Assembly: GCA_902519445.1 (NCBI GenBank)
Contig: CABYJR010000002.1
Coordinates: 2,398-66,397, forward strand
Reading direction: 5' to 3'
Origin: an uncultured Pelagibacteraceae bacterium
Lineage (GTDB): Bacteria > Pseudomonadota > Alphaproteobacteria > Pelagibacterales > Pelagibacteraceae
Length of the DNA stretch: 64,000 nt
Shown here in pieces: positions 31,856-40,305 of this stretch. The translations under genes and the position numbers were made by a program. The notes below the pieces were generated by a model, which worked only from the letters and a program-made list of their open reading frames with translations, had not been told where the DNA came from and did not search any database. Position 1 is the stretch's first letter. Each line of letters opens with the position of its first letter.

Positions 31856-32467
31856 TTAGGATCTTTTTTCCACAACTTCATCAATTAAGCCGAAATCTTT
31901 GGCTTCATTGGGAGTCATAAAATTATCTCTTTCTAGGGCTTTCTTAATTTCTGATTCACTTTTTTTTGTATGTTTTGAATAAATTTTATTTAATCTTTCT
32001 TTAAGAGCTAAAATTTCTTTAGCATGAATTTCTATATCAGTTGCTTGACCTTGGTATCCAGCAGAGGGTTGATGAACCATAATTCTTGAATTTGGAAGTG
32101 AAAATCTTTTTCCTTTTTCTCCAGCAGCTAATAAAAAAGATCCCATTGAAGAGGCTTGTCCTATACATAATGTAGAAACTGGAGGTTTTATGTATTGCAT
32201 AGTGTCATAAATTCCTAGTCCTGAAGTTACTAATCCACCTGGGCTGTTAATATAAAAAGATATTTCTTTTTTTGGATTTTCTGACTCTAAAAATAATAGT
32301 TGTGCTGTAACTAAAGTAGAAACAGTATCGTTTACTGGTCCTACTAAAAAAATTATACGTTCCTTAAGAAGTCTAGAATAAATATCATAAGCTCTCTCTC
32401 CCCTATTTGATTGTTCAACAACCATGGGAATCAAATTATTCATATGCTCTTCAATTTTATCTTTCAT
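31856..32467 (-). CDS. clpP: ATP-dependent Clp protease proteolytic subunit
   Basis: 203 aa with catalytic Ser motif GQASSMGS and His motif MVHQP. The start could instead be the internal Met at [11 protein letters not shown]. Confidence 0.96.
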   Translation of the reverse strand: MKDKIEEHMNNLIPMVVEQSNRGERAYDIYSRLLKERIIFLVGPVNDTVSTLVTAQLLFLESENPKKEISFYINSPGGLVTSGLGIYDTMQYIKPPVSTLCIGQASSMGSFLLAAGEKGKRFSLPNSRIMVHQPSAGYQGQATDIEIHAKEILALKERLNKIYSKHTKKSESEIKKALERDNFMTPNEAKDFGLIDEVVEKRS

Positions 32468-32539
32468 AACGAATCAATGAATAGTTGTTATACAACTTAT
32501 GATTACTTTTTTCTAATTTTTTTCGTTTTTTTAGAAGAT

Positions 32540-33883
32540 TTAACTGTTTTTTTTTGATTTTTTAGACTCTACCTCTTCAGAATGATGGTGTGTCTTGTGA
32601 TGCTGATGAATTATCTTTTCAGCCTCTTCTATTGAAATTATTTTTTTAATTTTTTTTGATTTTCCCTTGATCAAATTTATAATTTTTTCCTCATAAATTG
32701 ATCCTCTTAAACTGGCGGTTGCTGATGGATTTTTTTGATAATATTCTAATATTTGTTTTTGCTGCCCCGGCATTGATTGTACTTGCTTTTGAATTTCATT
32801 TTTAAGTTCTTGCTCATCAACTTTAAGATTATTCTTTTCTCCAAGTTCATTTAGTATAAGGCCTAATTTAATTCTTGTTTTAGCAATTTTTTCACTTTCT
32901 TTTTTATTTTTTTCAACATCTTCCTTTTTTAATCCTTGAGATATTAAAGCTACTTCCTGTTGTATCAGATTTTCTGGCACCTCTACATTATGAAGTTTTT
33001 CAATTTGCTCTAATATACTTTCTTTTGATAAAGAATCTAAATTCATTTTATATTGATTTTGCATTTGTTTTTTTATTAATTCTTTTAAATTGTTCAAATC
33101 TTTAGCTCCAAGATTTTTTGCAAATTCATCATTTACTACTACCGGTTCTGGTTTTTTTACATTTAAAATTTTACAATTAAAATTTGCCTTTTTATTTATT
33201 AACTCTTTTTTTGGATAATTTTCTGGTAAAATTGCTGTCACTTCTCTTTCTTGATTTTTTTTACACCCTATTAGTTGTTTATCAAAACCTTTAATAAATA
33301 AATCTTTACCAAGAACTATTTGAGTATTTTTTCCTTCCCCTCCTTCAAAAGTTTTGTTTTCAATTTTTGCATTATAATCAAATACAACTAAATCTCCTTC
33401 TTTGGCCCCTTCATTGTCTTCTTTGTCTTTAAAATTATTTTGATTCTTTGCAATTTCTTCTATTCTCTTTTTTATTTCATTTTCAGAAACATTAATCTCG
33501 TAATCATTAAATTTTATTGATTCTAGCGATTGAATTTTTATTGAAGGAAGTTCGTCAACTTCTAAAGTATAATTTAAATCTTTTCCTTCTCCATATGATT
33601 TTAGATCAAGTTTTGGTTGTCCTGCAACTTTTATTTTTTTTTCTTCTAACGCTTTGGTGGATGTTTCTTTCAAAACTTTTTCTAAAACTTCACCATAAAT
33701 AGCTTTTCCAAATTGTCTTTTCAAAACATCTACGGGAACTTTGCCTGGACGAAATCCTTTTATATTTACAGTCTTACTTAACTCAATTAATCTTTCACCC
33801 ATTCTATCGTTGATAGTCTTTTTATCGACAAACACTTTGAGATTTGTTTTTAAACCTTTTTTGGAATCTACTGTTACTTTCAT
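32540..33883 (-). CDS. tig: Trigger factor
   Basis: 447 aa starting MKVTVDSKKGLKT. It has the ribosome-binding signature GFRPGKVP and an FKBP-type middle domain. The ORF-track start at 33931 is rejected because it lies inside tRNA-Leu. Confidence 0.93.
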   Translation of the reverse strand: MKVTVDSKKGLKTNLKVFVDKKTINDRMGERLIELSKTVNIKGFRPGKVPVDVLKRQFGKAIYGEVLEKVLKETSTKALEEKKIKVAGQPKLDLKSYGEGKDLNYTLEVDELPSIKIQSLESIKFNDYEINVSENEIKKRIEEIAKNQNNFKDKEDNEGAKEGDLVVFDYNAKIENKTFEGGEGKNTQIVLGKDLFIKGFDKQLIGCKKNQEREVTAILPENYPKKELINKKANFNCKILNVKKPEPVVVNDEFAKNLGAKDLNNLKELIKKQMQNQYKMNLDSLSKESILEQIEKLHNVEVPENLIQQEVALISQGLKKEDVEKNKKESEKIAKTRIKLGLILNELGEKNNLKVDEQELKNEIQKQVQSMPGQQKQILEYYQKNPSATASLRGSIYEEKIINLIKGKSKKIKKIISIEEAEKIIHQHHKTHHHSEEVESKKSKKNS

Positions 33884-33889
33884 AATATT

Positions 33890-33974
33890 TGGTGGGCAAG
33901 GTGGGACTTGAACCCACAAGTCTTGCGACACCAGATCCTAAATCTGGCGAGTTTGCCAATTTCTCCACTTGCCC
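33890..33974 (-). tRNA. tRNA-Leu (anticodon TAG), type II with long variable arm, CCA encoded
   Basis: Reverse complement is GGGCAAGTGGAGAAATTGGCAAACTCGCCAGATTTAGGATCTGGTGTCGCAAGACTTGTGGGTTCAAGTCCCACCTTGCCCACCA. Acceptor stem GGGCAAG/CTTGCCC, anticodon stem CCAGA/TCTGG with loop TT-TAG-GA, and T arm GTGGG-TTCAAGT-CCCAC. Confidence 0.93.
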
Positions 33975-34017
33975 GTGAACGTTTTATTATCAAATTAAAA
34001 GATAATGTCCAAGGCAA

Positions 34018-34905
34018 TTAAACTAATTTAATTTTACTACCTTTTTTTACAATATAAATTCCAATTATAACAGCAATCAAAGAAATAATTACTTTGGAAG
34101 TAATGGCTTCGTTTAAAATTAAAAAACCTAAAATTACTCCAAAAATTGGTATTAGATAAGCAACTTGTGCCTGAAAAACTAAACCATTATGTTTTAAAAT
34201 ATAAAATCGCAATAGCCAGGCAATTCCAGTAGAAAAAATTCCAAGATAGATAAGTGATAAAGTTGAATCTAATCTTGGATTTAAATTCCAAGGTTGTTCT
34301 AAAAATAAAGAAATAGGCATTAAAACTAAAGCTCCCCATATTAAAATAGATGCAGTTACATTTTCATTTTTCTTATTACTTATCTTTAAAGTAAGCAAAC
34401 CACCAATCACATAAAAAGTTGACCCAAATAAAATTAAAATAGCTGAAACAAAATTATTTTTGTTAATTAGAATATCGTCAGAAAATAAAAAAACTATTCC
34501 TGAAAAACCTATTAGAACACCCAAGGTTTTGATTAAATTAATTTTTTCATTTTTTGTAAAAAAATGAGCTAGTAAAGAGGCACTGAGAGGAGTGCTTGCC
34601 ATTAAAATAGCTGCTAAATTACTTTGTACTTTTTGGACACCGTATGCAATTAAAAAAAATGGAATTACCAAATTTATAATTCCGATAGTAGCGAACCAAT
34701 ACCAATCTTTTGAAAAAGCTTCTATCTTAATTTTTTTTATATAACATAATAAAACAACAGGAATTGCCCCAAAAAAAATTCTTAAAAATGCAATCGTTAG
34801 AGGTCCATATGAATAAGTAGCTATTTTAATATTAAAAAAAGCTGAAGCCCAAATAAAAGCTAATAAAGTAAGTAAAAAGTAATCTAAAGGTTTAGTTTCC
34901 CTCAT
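34018..34905 (-). CDS. EamA/DMT-family transporter (10 TM)
   Basis: 295 aa, hydrophobic throughout, with two EamA-like 5-TM repeats. Confidence 0.8.
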   Translation of the reverse strand: MRETKPLDYFLLTLLAFIWASAFFNIKIATYSYGPLTIAFLRIFFGAIPVVLLCYIKKIKIEAFSKDWYWFATIGIINLVIPFFLIAYGVQKVQSNLAAILMASTPLSASLLAHFFTKNEKINLIKTLGVLIGFSGIVFLFSDDILINKNNFVSAILILFGSTFYVIGGLLTLKISNKKNENVTASILIWGALVLMPISLFLEQPWNLNPRLDSTLSLIYLGIFSTGIAWLLRFYILKHNGLVFQAQVAYLIPIFGVILGFLILNEAITSKVIISLIAVIIGIYIVKKGSKIKLV

Positions 34906-35384
34906 TCTGATATTTCCTTTTCAGATCCTTTAGTGATTTTCATTAAATCATCGTAAGTAATTTTAAATACACAATTAGGATGGCCTGCGGCAGCAAAAAT
35001 ATAAGGAAATCTATTTAGGGAATTGTCAATAAGAATATCTAAACTTGTTGCATGCGCAACAGGCGCTACTCCACCAATTGAAAAACCAGTATTTTTCTTA
35101 ACTTCGTCAGCATTAGCCATTGAAACATCTTTCTTTTGTAAAGTTTTTTTTAATTTATTTAGAGAGCATCTTTTATCTCCAGCAATTAAACAAATTAAAA
35201 AAGTATTTTCAGCTCTAAATAGTAAACTCTTAACAATTGCTCCTACTTCACATTTTAATGAATTGGCTGCATCTTGAGCTGTTCTTGCTGTGGTATCAAG
35301 AACCAAAACTTCAAGTTTTGGATCGAATTTTTTTATAAATTCTCTTACTTTCTTTACTGGCCCTTTATTTAATAAATCTTCCAT
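34902..35384 (-). CDS. YbaK/ProX-family aminoacyl-tRNA trans-editing deacylase (ProXp-ala-like)
   Basis: 160 aa with the conserved Lys context IVKSLLF and the GxxxP loop FSIGGVAPVAH. The size matches free-standing INS-like domains. Confidence 0.7.
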   Translation of the reverse strand: MEDLLNKGPVKKVREFIKKFDPKLEVLVLDTTARTAQDAANSLKCEVGAIVKSLLFRAENTFLICLIAGDKRCSLNKLKKTLQKKDVSMANADEVKKNTGFSIGGVAPVAHATSLDILIDNSLNRFPYIFAAAGHPNCVFKITYDDLMKITKGSEKEISE

Positions 35385-36243
35385 CTTTCAATCTTTTTAA
35401 TGCGCTAGGTATACCTTTAATAATATCTTCTGATATTAATCCTTTGCCATATTTTTTTGCAATATCTCCATGTAGCCAGGTTGCCGCACAACCAGCTAGA
35501 AAAGGATTCATCTTTTCCTTTCCAATCAAACTTACTATTAGACCACTCAAAACATCTCCTGATCCAATAACTGCTAATTCAGGTGAAGAATGGTAATTAA
35601 TAGCAATTTTTTTATCGTAAGAAAGTATAATTGTATTTGGGCCCTTTAGAACAATATTTGATTTAACCAATTTGCTTGCTGCTTTAATTTTTTCAATATT
35701 ACTATTGCTTTTCTTTATCCTGGGAAAGATTTTATGGAACTCCGCCATATGAGGTGTAATAATTTTATTCTTATCAAGTAACAAATAAAGCGATTTTAAA
35801 TCATTTTTAAAACAAGTTAATGCATCCGCATCTAATACTACATATTTAACTTTTTTAAGGATTAATTTTGTAATTTCCTTTATTTTTTTATTGGACCCTG
35901 CCCCTGGTCCTATAAGCATTGATGTAATTTTTTCTTTTTTAAGAAATTTTTTTAACTCGCTAATATTGTTAATTTCTGCTTTTAAAACAGATGGAAATTT
36001 AACAGAATAAATATGTAATGTATTTTTTGAACATATAATCTTAACCGACCCTGTCCCTGTTTTTAAAGCCGCTAAAGAAGACAATATAGTAGCACCAACA
36101 AGTTCTTTTTTTCCGCCATATATGGTCACTTTACCTCTGCTGTATTTGTGTCCTGATGGTTTTTTCCAAGGAAAATTTTTTAACCACAAATTAGGAGAGT
36201 TTTTGATTGTTTTATAGATATGTGTGTTGTGCATAACTGGCAT
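35365..36243 (-). CDS. nnrD: ADP-dependent NAD(P)H-hydrate dehydratase (YjeF C-terminal-type carbohydrate kinase domain only)
   Basis: 292 aa with HKYSRGKVTIYGG and the VIGSGDVLSG motif. There is no YjeF_N epimerase domain. Confidence 0.8.
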   Translation of the reverse strand: MPVMHNTHIYKTIKNSPNLWLKNFPWKKPSGHKYSRGKVTIYGGKKELVGATILSSLAALKTGTGSVKIICSKNTLHIYSVKFPSVLKAEINNISELKKFLKKEKITSMLIGPGAGSNKKIKEITKLILKKVKYVVLDADALTCFKNDLKSLYLLLDKNKIITPHMAEFHKIFPRIKKSNSNIEKIKAASKLVKSNIVLKGPNTIILSYDKKIAINYHSSPELAVIGSGDVLSGLIVSLIGKEKMNPFLAGCAATWLHGDIAKKYGKGLISEDIIKGIPSALKRLKDGRFIK

Positions 36244-36277
36244 ATAATAAATTCAATTCATTAAATCACTTAGATTG

Positions 36278-36312
36278 GTATAGATACAACCATAAAGTTA
36301 TGGTTACACGTG
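36278..36312. promoter_or_regulatory. Cluster of dyad symmetries upstream of glnA (candidate operator or 5'-UTR hairpin)
   Basis: Three dyads: GTAT-AG-ATAC (36278-36287), a perfect AACCATAA-AG-TTATGGTT (36288-36305) and CACGTG (36307-36312). They lie 27-61 nt upstream of the glnA ATG in the nnrD/glnA divergent spacer. Confidence 0.25.
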
Positions 36313-36338
36313 AAATCATTTAAAAATTAAAGGAATAA

Positions 36339-37745
36339 ATGAGCGCAAGTAAAGTTTTAAAATTGATCAAAGATAAAGAGATAGAGTACGTTGATCTTCG
36401 ATTTACTGACCCTAAAGGGAAACTTCAGCATTTAACTATGGACGGAAGCATGGTTGATGAAGAAATGTTAAATGACGGAGTTTTCTTTGATGGGTCTTCA
36501 ATAGCTGGCTGGAAAGCTATCAATGAATCCGACATGATTTTAAAACCTGATCTTGGTAGGCAGGTTATTGATCCTTTCACTTCTCATAATACGGTTATTT
36601 TGTTCTGCGATGTATTAGATGCTGTAAAGAAAAATCCTTACGAAAGAGATCCTAGAAGTATAGCAAAAAAAGCTGAGGCTTATTTAAAAAAAACAGGCAT
36701 AGGAGATAAAGCTTATTTCGGACCTGAGGCAGAATTTTTTGTATTCGATGATGTTAAATTTAAAAACGATATGAATGAAACTGGATTTAAAATAGATAGT
36801 TCTGAAGGACCTTATAATTCAGGAAAAGATTATGAAAATGGTAACATGGGCCACAGACCAGGAATAAAAGGCGGTTATTTTCCGGTACCCCCAGTAGATA
36901 GTGCTCAAGATATGCGAGGAGAATTTTTGAAAGCTCTGAAAGATATGGGAATTAAAGTTGAAAAACATCACCATGAAGTAGCGCCAAGCCAACATGAACT
37001 TGGTATGTATTTTGGAACTTTAACTGACCAAGCTGATAACATGCAGCTTTATAAATACGGTGTTCACATGGTAGCTCATTCATTTGGAAAGACAGCAACA
37101 TTTATGCCCAAACCAGTTAAAGGAGATAATGGTTCAGGTATGCACACACACCAATCCTTATGGAAAGGAAGCACTGCGTTATTTTCAGGAGATAAATATG
37201 CTGGATTATCTGATACAGCCTTGCATTATATAGGTGGAATTTTAAAACATGCAAAAGCAATAAATGCCTTTTCTAACTCAACTACTAACAGTTACAAAAG
37301 ATTAATACCCGGTTTTGAAGCACCTGTTCTACTTTGTTATTCAGCTAGAAATAGATCAGCCTCATGTAGAATTCCTATAACTTTAAGTAAAAAAGCAGCA
37401 AGATGTGAAATCAGATTCCCTGATGCAGCTGGTAATCCTTATCTAACTTTTGCTGCTATGTTAATGGCGGGAATAGATGGAATTAAAAATAAAATTAATC
37501 CAGGAAAACCTGTAGACGAAGATTTATATGCAATGCCTGAAGATAAGGTAAAAAATATTCCTACTGTTTGCGGATCTTTAAGAGAAGCAATGGAAAGTCT
37601 TGATAGAGATAGAAAGTTTCTTACTCAAGGTGGAGTTTTTACAGATGATCAAATTGACGCTTATATTGCATTAAAATTTGAAGAAATTTACAAACTTGAA
37701 CACACTCCACATCCTATCGAGTTTGATATGTACTATAGCTGCTAA
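36339..37745 (+). CDS. glnA: Glutamine synthetase type I
   Basis: 468 aa with [24 protein letters not shown] and a Tyr in an adenylylation-loop-like context ([10 protein letters not shown]). Confidence 0.97.
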   Translation: MSASKVLKLIKDKEIEYVDLRFTDPKGKLQHLTMDGSMVDEEMLNDGVFFDGSSIAGWKAINESDMILKPDLGRQVIDPFTSHNTVILFCDVLDAVKKNPYERDPRSIAKKAEAYLKKTGIGDKAYFGPEAEFFVFDDVKFKNDMNETGFKIDSSEGPYNSGKDYENGNMGHRPGIKGGYFPVPPVDSAQDMRGEFLKALKDMGIKVEKHHHEVAPSQHELGMYFGTLTDQADNMQLYKYGVHMVAHSFGKTATFMPKPVKGDNGSGMHTHQSLWKGSTALFSGDKYAGLSDTALHYIGGILKHAKAINAFSNSTTNSYKRLIPGFEAPVLLCYSARNRSASCRIPITLSKKAARCEIRFPDAAGNPYLTFAAMLMAGIDGIKNKINPGKPVDEDLYAMPEDKVKNIPTVCGSLREAMESLDRDRKFLTQGGVFTDDQIDAYIALKFEEIYKLEHTPHPIEFDMYYSC

Positions 37746-37747
37746 TA

Positions 37748-37936
37748 TTATTTTTTGCTTTTTAAAATTTTCTCGTCAGCAATTTTATTTTTATTTACAC
37801 CTTCCTTAATAGTGTAATCTAAAGTTCCGTGAGCTCCTGCTTCAACGGCTTTACGCTGAGTTCTAAACAATGCTTTTTCTTTAGCTTGCTCAGCTAATTT
37901 ATTTGCATGTTTTCCTAAATGCTTTGTGTCTCTCAT
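37748..37936 (-). CDS. Hypothetical small basic protein (62 aa) at the distal end of the suf gene string
   Basis: The only evidence is an open frame: MRDTKHLGKHANKLAEQAKEKALFRTQRKAVEAGAHGTLDYTIKEGVNKNKIADEKILKSKK. I recognise no motif. It lies 44 nt downstream of sufA, and its stop is 2 nt from the glnA stop. Confidence 0.4.
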   Translation of the reverse strand: MRDTKHLGKHANKLAEQAKEKALFRTQRKAVEAGAHGTLDYTIKEGVNKNKIADEKILKSKK

Positions 37937-37980
37937 AGGTTTTTATTATATACAATTCTTGATTGAGCGGCAATATAGAA

Positions 37981-38316
37981 TTAAATTTTAAAAGATTCTC
38001 CACATCCACAACGCTCTGTTTCGTTGGGATTTTTAAATACAAATGTAGATGAAAGTTCCTCTTTTTTGTAATCCATCTCTGTTCCTAAGAGATACATTAT
38101 TGCTTTTGGATCTATTAAAACCTTTACACCCTTATCTTCAATAACTTCATCGTTTGGGTTAGTTTTTTTTGCATACTCCATAACATAAGACATTCCTGCA
38201 CATCCTCCAGAAGCTACCCCTACTCTAACACCAATTATTGGTTCTTTTGCTTGAGATATAATTTCTTTAACTCTTTCAGCAGCTCGATCGCTCAATTTTA
38301 TTACTTGTTTGTTCAT
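37981..38316 (-). CDS. sufA: A-type Fe-S cluster carrier (SufA/ErpA/IscA family)
   Basis: 111 aa with Cys ligands in GGCAGMSY and CGCGESF. Confidence 0.88.
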   Translation of the reverse strand: MNKQVIKLSDRAAERVKEIISQAKEPIIGVRVGVASGGCAGMSYVMEYAKKTNPNDEVIEDKGVKVLIDPKAIMYLLGTEMDYKKEELSSTFVFKNPNETERCGCGESFKI

Positions 38317-38615
38317 AAATTTAATTCCAACTTTGCAGCTTCTGACATTTTATCTTTATCCCACGGAGGTTCCCAGACTAAATTTAAATTTACATCAGAA
38401 ACACCTTCTATTGTCATTATAATATTCTTTACATCTTTTGGCAAACTTTCAGCTACCGGGCAATTGGGTGATGTGAGGGTCATATCTACATTTACCTTGT
38501 TTTTATCATCTACTTCTATTTTATAAATTAGACCTAATTCATAAATATTTACTGGAATTTCCGGATCGTAAATTTTTTTAATTTGTTCAATTACTTTATT
38601 TTTTAAATCGTTCAT
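38313..38615 (-). CDS. sufT: DUF59/MIP18-family Fe-S assembly protein (SufT-like)
   Basis: 100 aa with the IYDPEIPVNIYELGLIY and LTSPNCPVAE motifs typical of DUF59. Confidence 0.8.
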   Translation of the reverse strand: MNDLKNKVIEQIKKIYDPEIPVNIYELGLIYKIEVDDKNKVNVDMTLTSPNCPVAESLPKDVKNIIMTIEGVSDVNLNLVWEPPWDKDKMSEAAKLELNL

Positions 38616-39085
38616 TAATCAATGACCTCAGTATTAACTTCTTCTTTTTTTCCATTAATAGCAGAAGTTAAAGTATGCCAAGCTAGAGTAGCACATTTTA
38701 CCCTCATTGGATATTGTTTAACTCCAGATAATGACATGATTTTTATTTTTTGATCTTCATCAAGATCATTTGATTTAATTTCCTGTGTATTTTTAATCAT
38801 ATTTAAAAAATCTATTACTATTTTTTTTGCGGTTTCTAAAGATTTTCCTTTTACTAACTCTGTCATTATAGATGTAGATGCAATCGATATAGCGCATCCA
38901 GTCCCTTCAAAAGTCACATTATCTACATTTTTTTCATTATTTAATTTTAAATAAACATGGACTTGATCTCCACAAAGAGGATTATGTCCTTTTGCTTCGT
39001 GTGTATATTTTTCACATTTTCCAAAATTTTTGGGACTTTTCCCATGTTCCAAAATTATATCTTGATATAATTCTTTTAAATCCAT
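38615..39085 (-). CDS. sufU: SufU-type (zinc-dependent, IscU-like) sulfur-transfer/scaffold protein
   Basis: 156 aa with NPLCGD, EGTGCAIS and VKCATLAW cysteine motifs. An insertion lies between the second and third Cys, as in Bacillus SufU. Confidence 0.85.
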   Translation of the reverse strand: MDLKELYQDIILEHGKSPKNFGKCEKYTHEAKGHNPLCGDQVHVYLKLNNEKNVDNVTFEGTGCAISIASTSIMTELVKGKSLETAKKIVIDFLNMIKNTQEIKSNDLDEDQKIKIMSLSGVKQYPMRVKCATLAWHTLTSAINGKKEEVNTEVID

Positions 39086-40305
39086 TATTTTAATTCAAAA
39101 ACCTTTCTACAGTTTTCTATAGCTTTACAAAGAATATCTATGTCTTCTTTGGTATTATAAACTCCAATTGAAGCTCGTGCTGTAGCTGATAAATTTAATC
39201 TATTATGTAAAATTTGGCAACAATGATGTCCCGCTCTAATAGCAACTCCTTCTTCATCTACAATTGTAGAAATATCATGAGGATGAATTCCTTTTATTAC
39301 AAAAGAAATTACCCCTGCTTTATTTTTTGGATTTCCTATAATTTTCACAGAATTAATTTTTTTAAGTTTTTCCAGAGCATAATTAGTAAGTTCTTTTTCA
39401 TGCTTAATAATATTCTGAATTCCTATTGACTCCATAAATTTAATTGACTCATTAAAAGCAATTACTTCAGCAGTTGGCATGGTTCCCGCTTCATATTTTT
39501 CAGGAACAGATGCATAAGTAATTTTATCTTTATTTACTTCATTGATCATTCCTCCTCCGCCAATATAAGGGGGTAACTTCTCAAGCCATTTTTTTTTTCC
39601 ATAAAGTATTCCAACTCCTGTTGGTCCATAAACCTTATGAGCTGAAATTGCATAAAAATCACAATCCAAATCTTTAACATCAATTTTAATATGTGGGGCG
39701 CTTTGACATCCATCTACTAAAACCGGGATGTTTTTTTTTCGAGCAATCTCAACTATTTCTTTAATGGGCACTATAGTTCCAGTCACATTTGATAAATGGG
39801 TAACTGCAATAATTTTTGTTTTTGATGTAATTAATTCTTTTAATTTACTAATTATAATATCGCCATCATCATTAATAGGAGCAAACTTTATAATTGCACC
39901 TTTTGTTTCTCTTAAATAATGCCAGGGTACATAATTAGAATGATGTTCTAATTCGGTTATTAAAATTTCATCTCCTTTTTTAATATTTTCTTGTCCGAAA
40001 GTACTTGCAACTAAATTAATAGATTCTGTGGCATTTTTAGTAAAAACAATTTCATCTTTGGAATTGGCATTTATAAAATTTTTTATACTCGTTCTCGTTT
40101 CTTCATACTTATTTGTAGCATTTACCGCTAGAGAATGAATACTTCTCCCTATATTTGAAAATTCATTTCTATAGAAATAATCAAGACTATTTAAAACACT
40201 TGTAGGTTTTTGTGATGAATTAGAGCTATCTAAATAAACCAGTGGTTTACCTTTTATTTTTTTAGTGAAAATTGGAAATTGAGATTTTATTAAATTAATA
40301 TCCAT
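39085..40305 (-). CDS. sufS: Cysteine desulfurase SufS (group II)
   Basis: 406 aa with PLP lysine motif SAHKVYGPTG and active-site RAGHHCCQ. Confidence 0.93.
   Translation of the reverse strand: MDINLIKSQFPIFTKKIKGKPLVYLDSSNSSQKPTSVLNSLDYFYRNEFSNIGRSIHSLAVNATNKYEETRTSIKNFINANSKDEIVFTKNATESINLVASTFGQENIKKGDEILITELEHHSNYVPWHYLRETKGAIIKFAPINDDGDIIISKLKELITSKTKIIAVTHLSNVTGTIVPIKEIVEIARKKNIPVLVDGCQSAPHIKIDVKDLDCDFYAISAHKVYGPTGVGILYGKKKWLEKLPPYIGGGGMINEVNKDKITYASVPEKYEAGTMPTAEVIAFNESIKFMESIGIQNIIKHEKELTNYALEKLKKINSVKIIGNPKNKAGVISFVIKGIHPHDISTIVDEEGVAIRAGHHCCQILHNRLNLSATARASIGVYNTKEDIDILCKAIENCRKVFELK

Noticed and set aside
32483-32497. A short hairpin AGTTGT-TAT-ACAACT between tig and clpP, considered as a possible terminator.
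   Set aside because: It has a 6-bp AT-rich stem and a 3-nt loop, with no following U-tract on the transcribed (minus) strand. It is too weak to call a terminator or attenuator.
33884-33931. The ORF-track N-terminal extension of trigger factor (MSQDLWVQVPPCPPNI...).
   Set aside because: The extension is the reverse complement of tRNA-Leu. The conserved trigger-factor N-terminus begins at MKVTVD (ATG at 33883).
36244-36338. A glutamine (glnA-motif) riboswitch upstream of glnA, and a TPP riboswitch upstream of thiS (56904-56926).
   Set aside because: The glnA leader shows no resemblance to the conserved glutamine-riboswitch core as I remember it. The thiS upstream spacer is only 23 nt, too short for any riboswitch.
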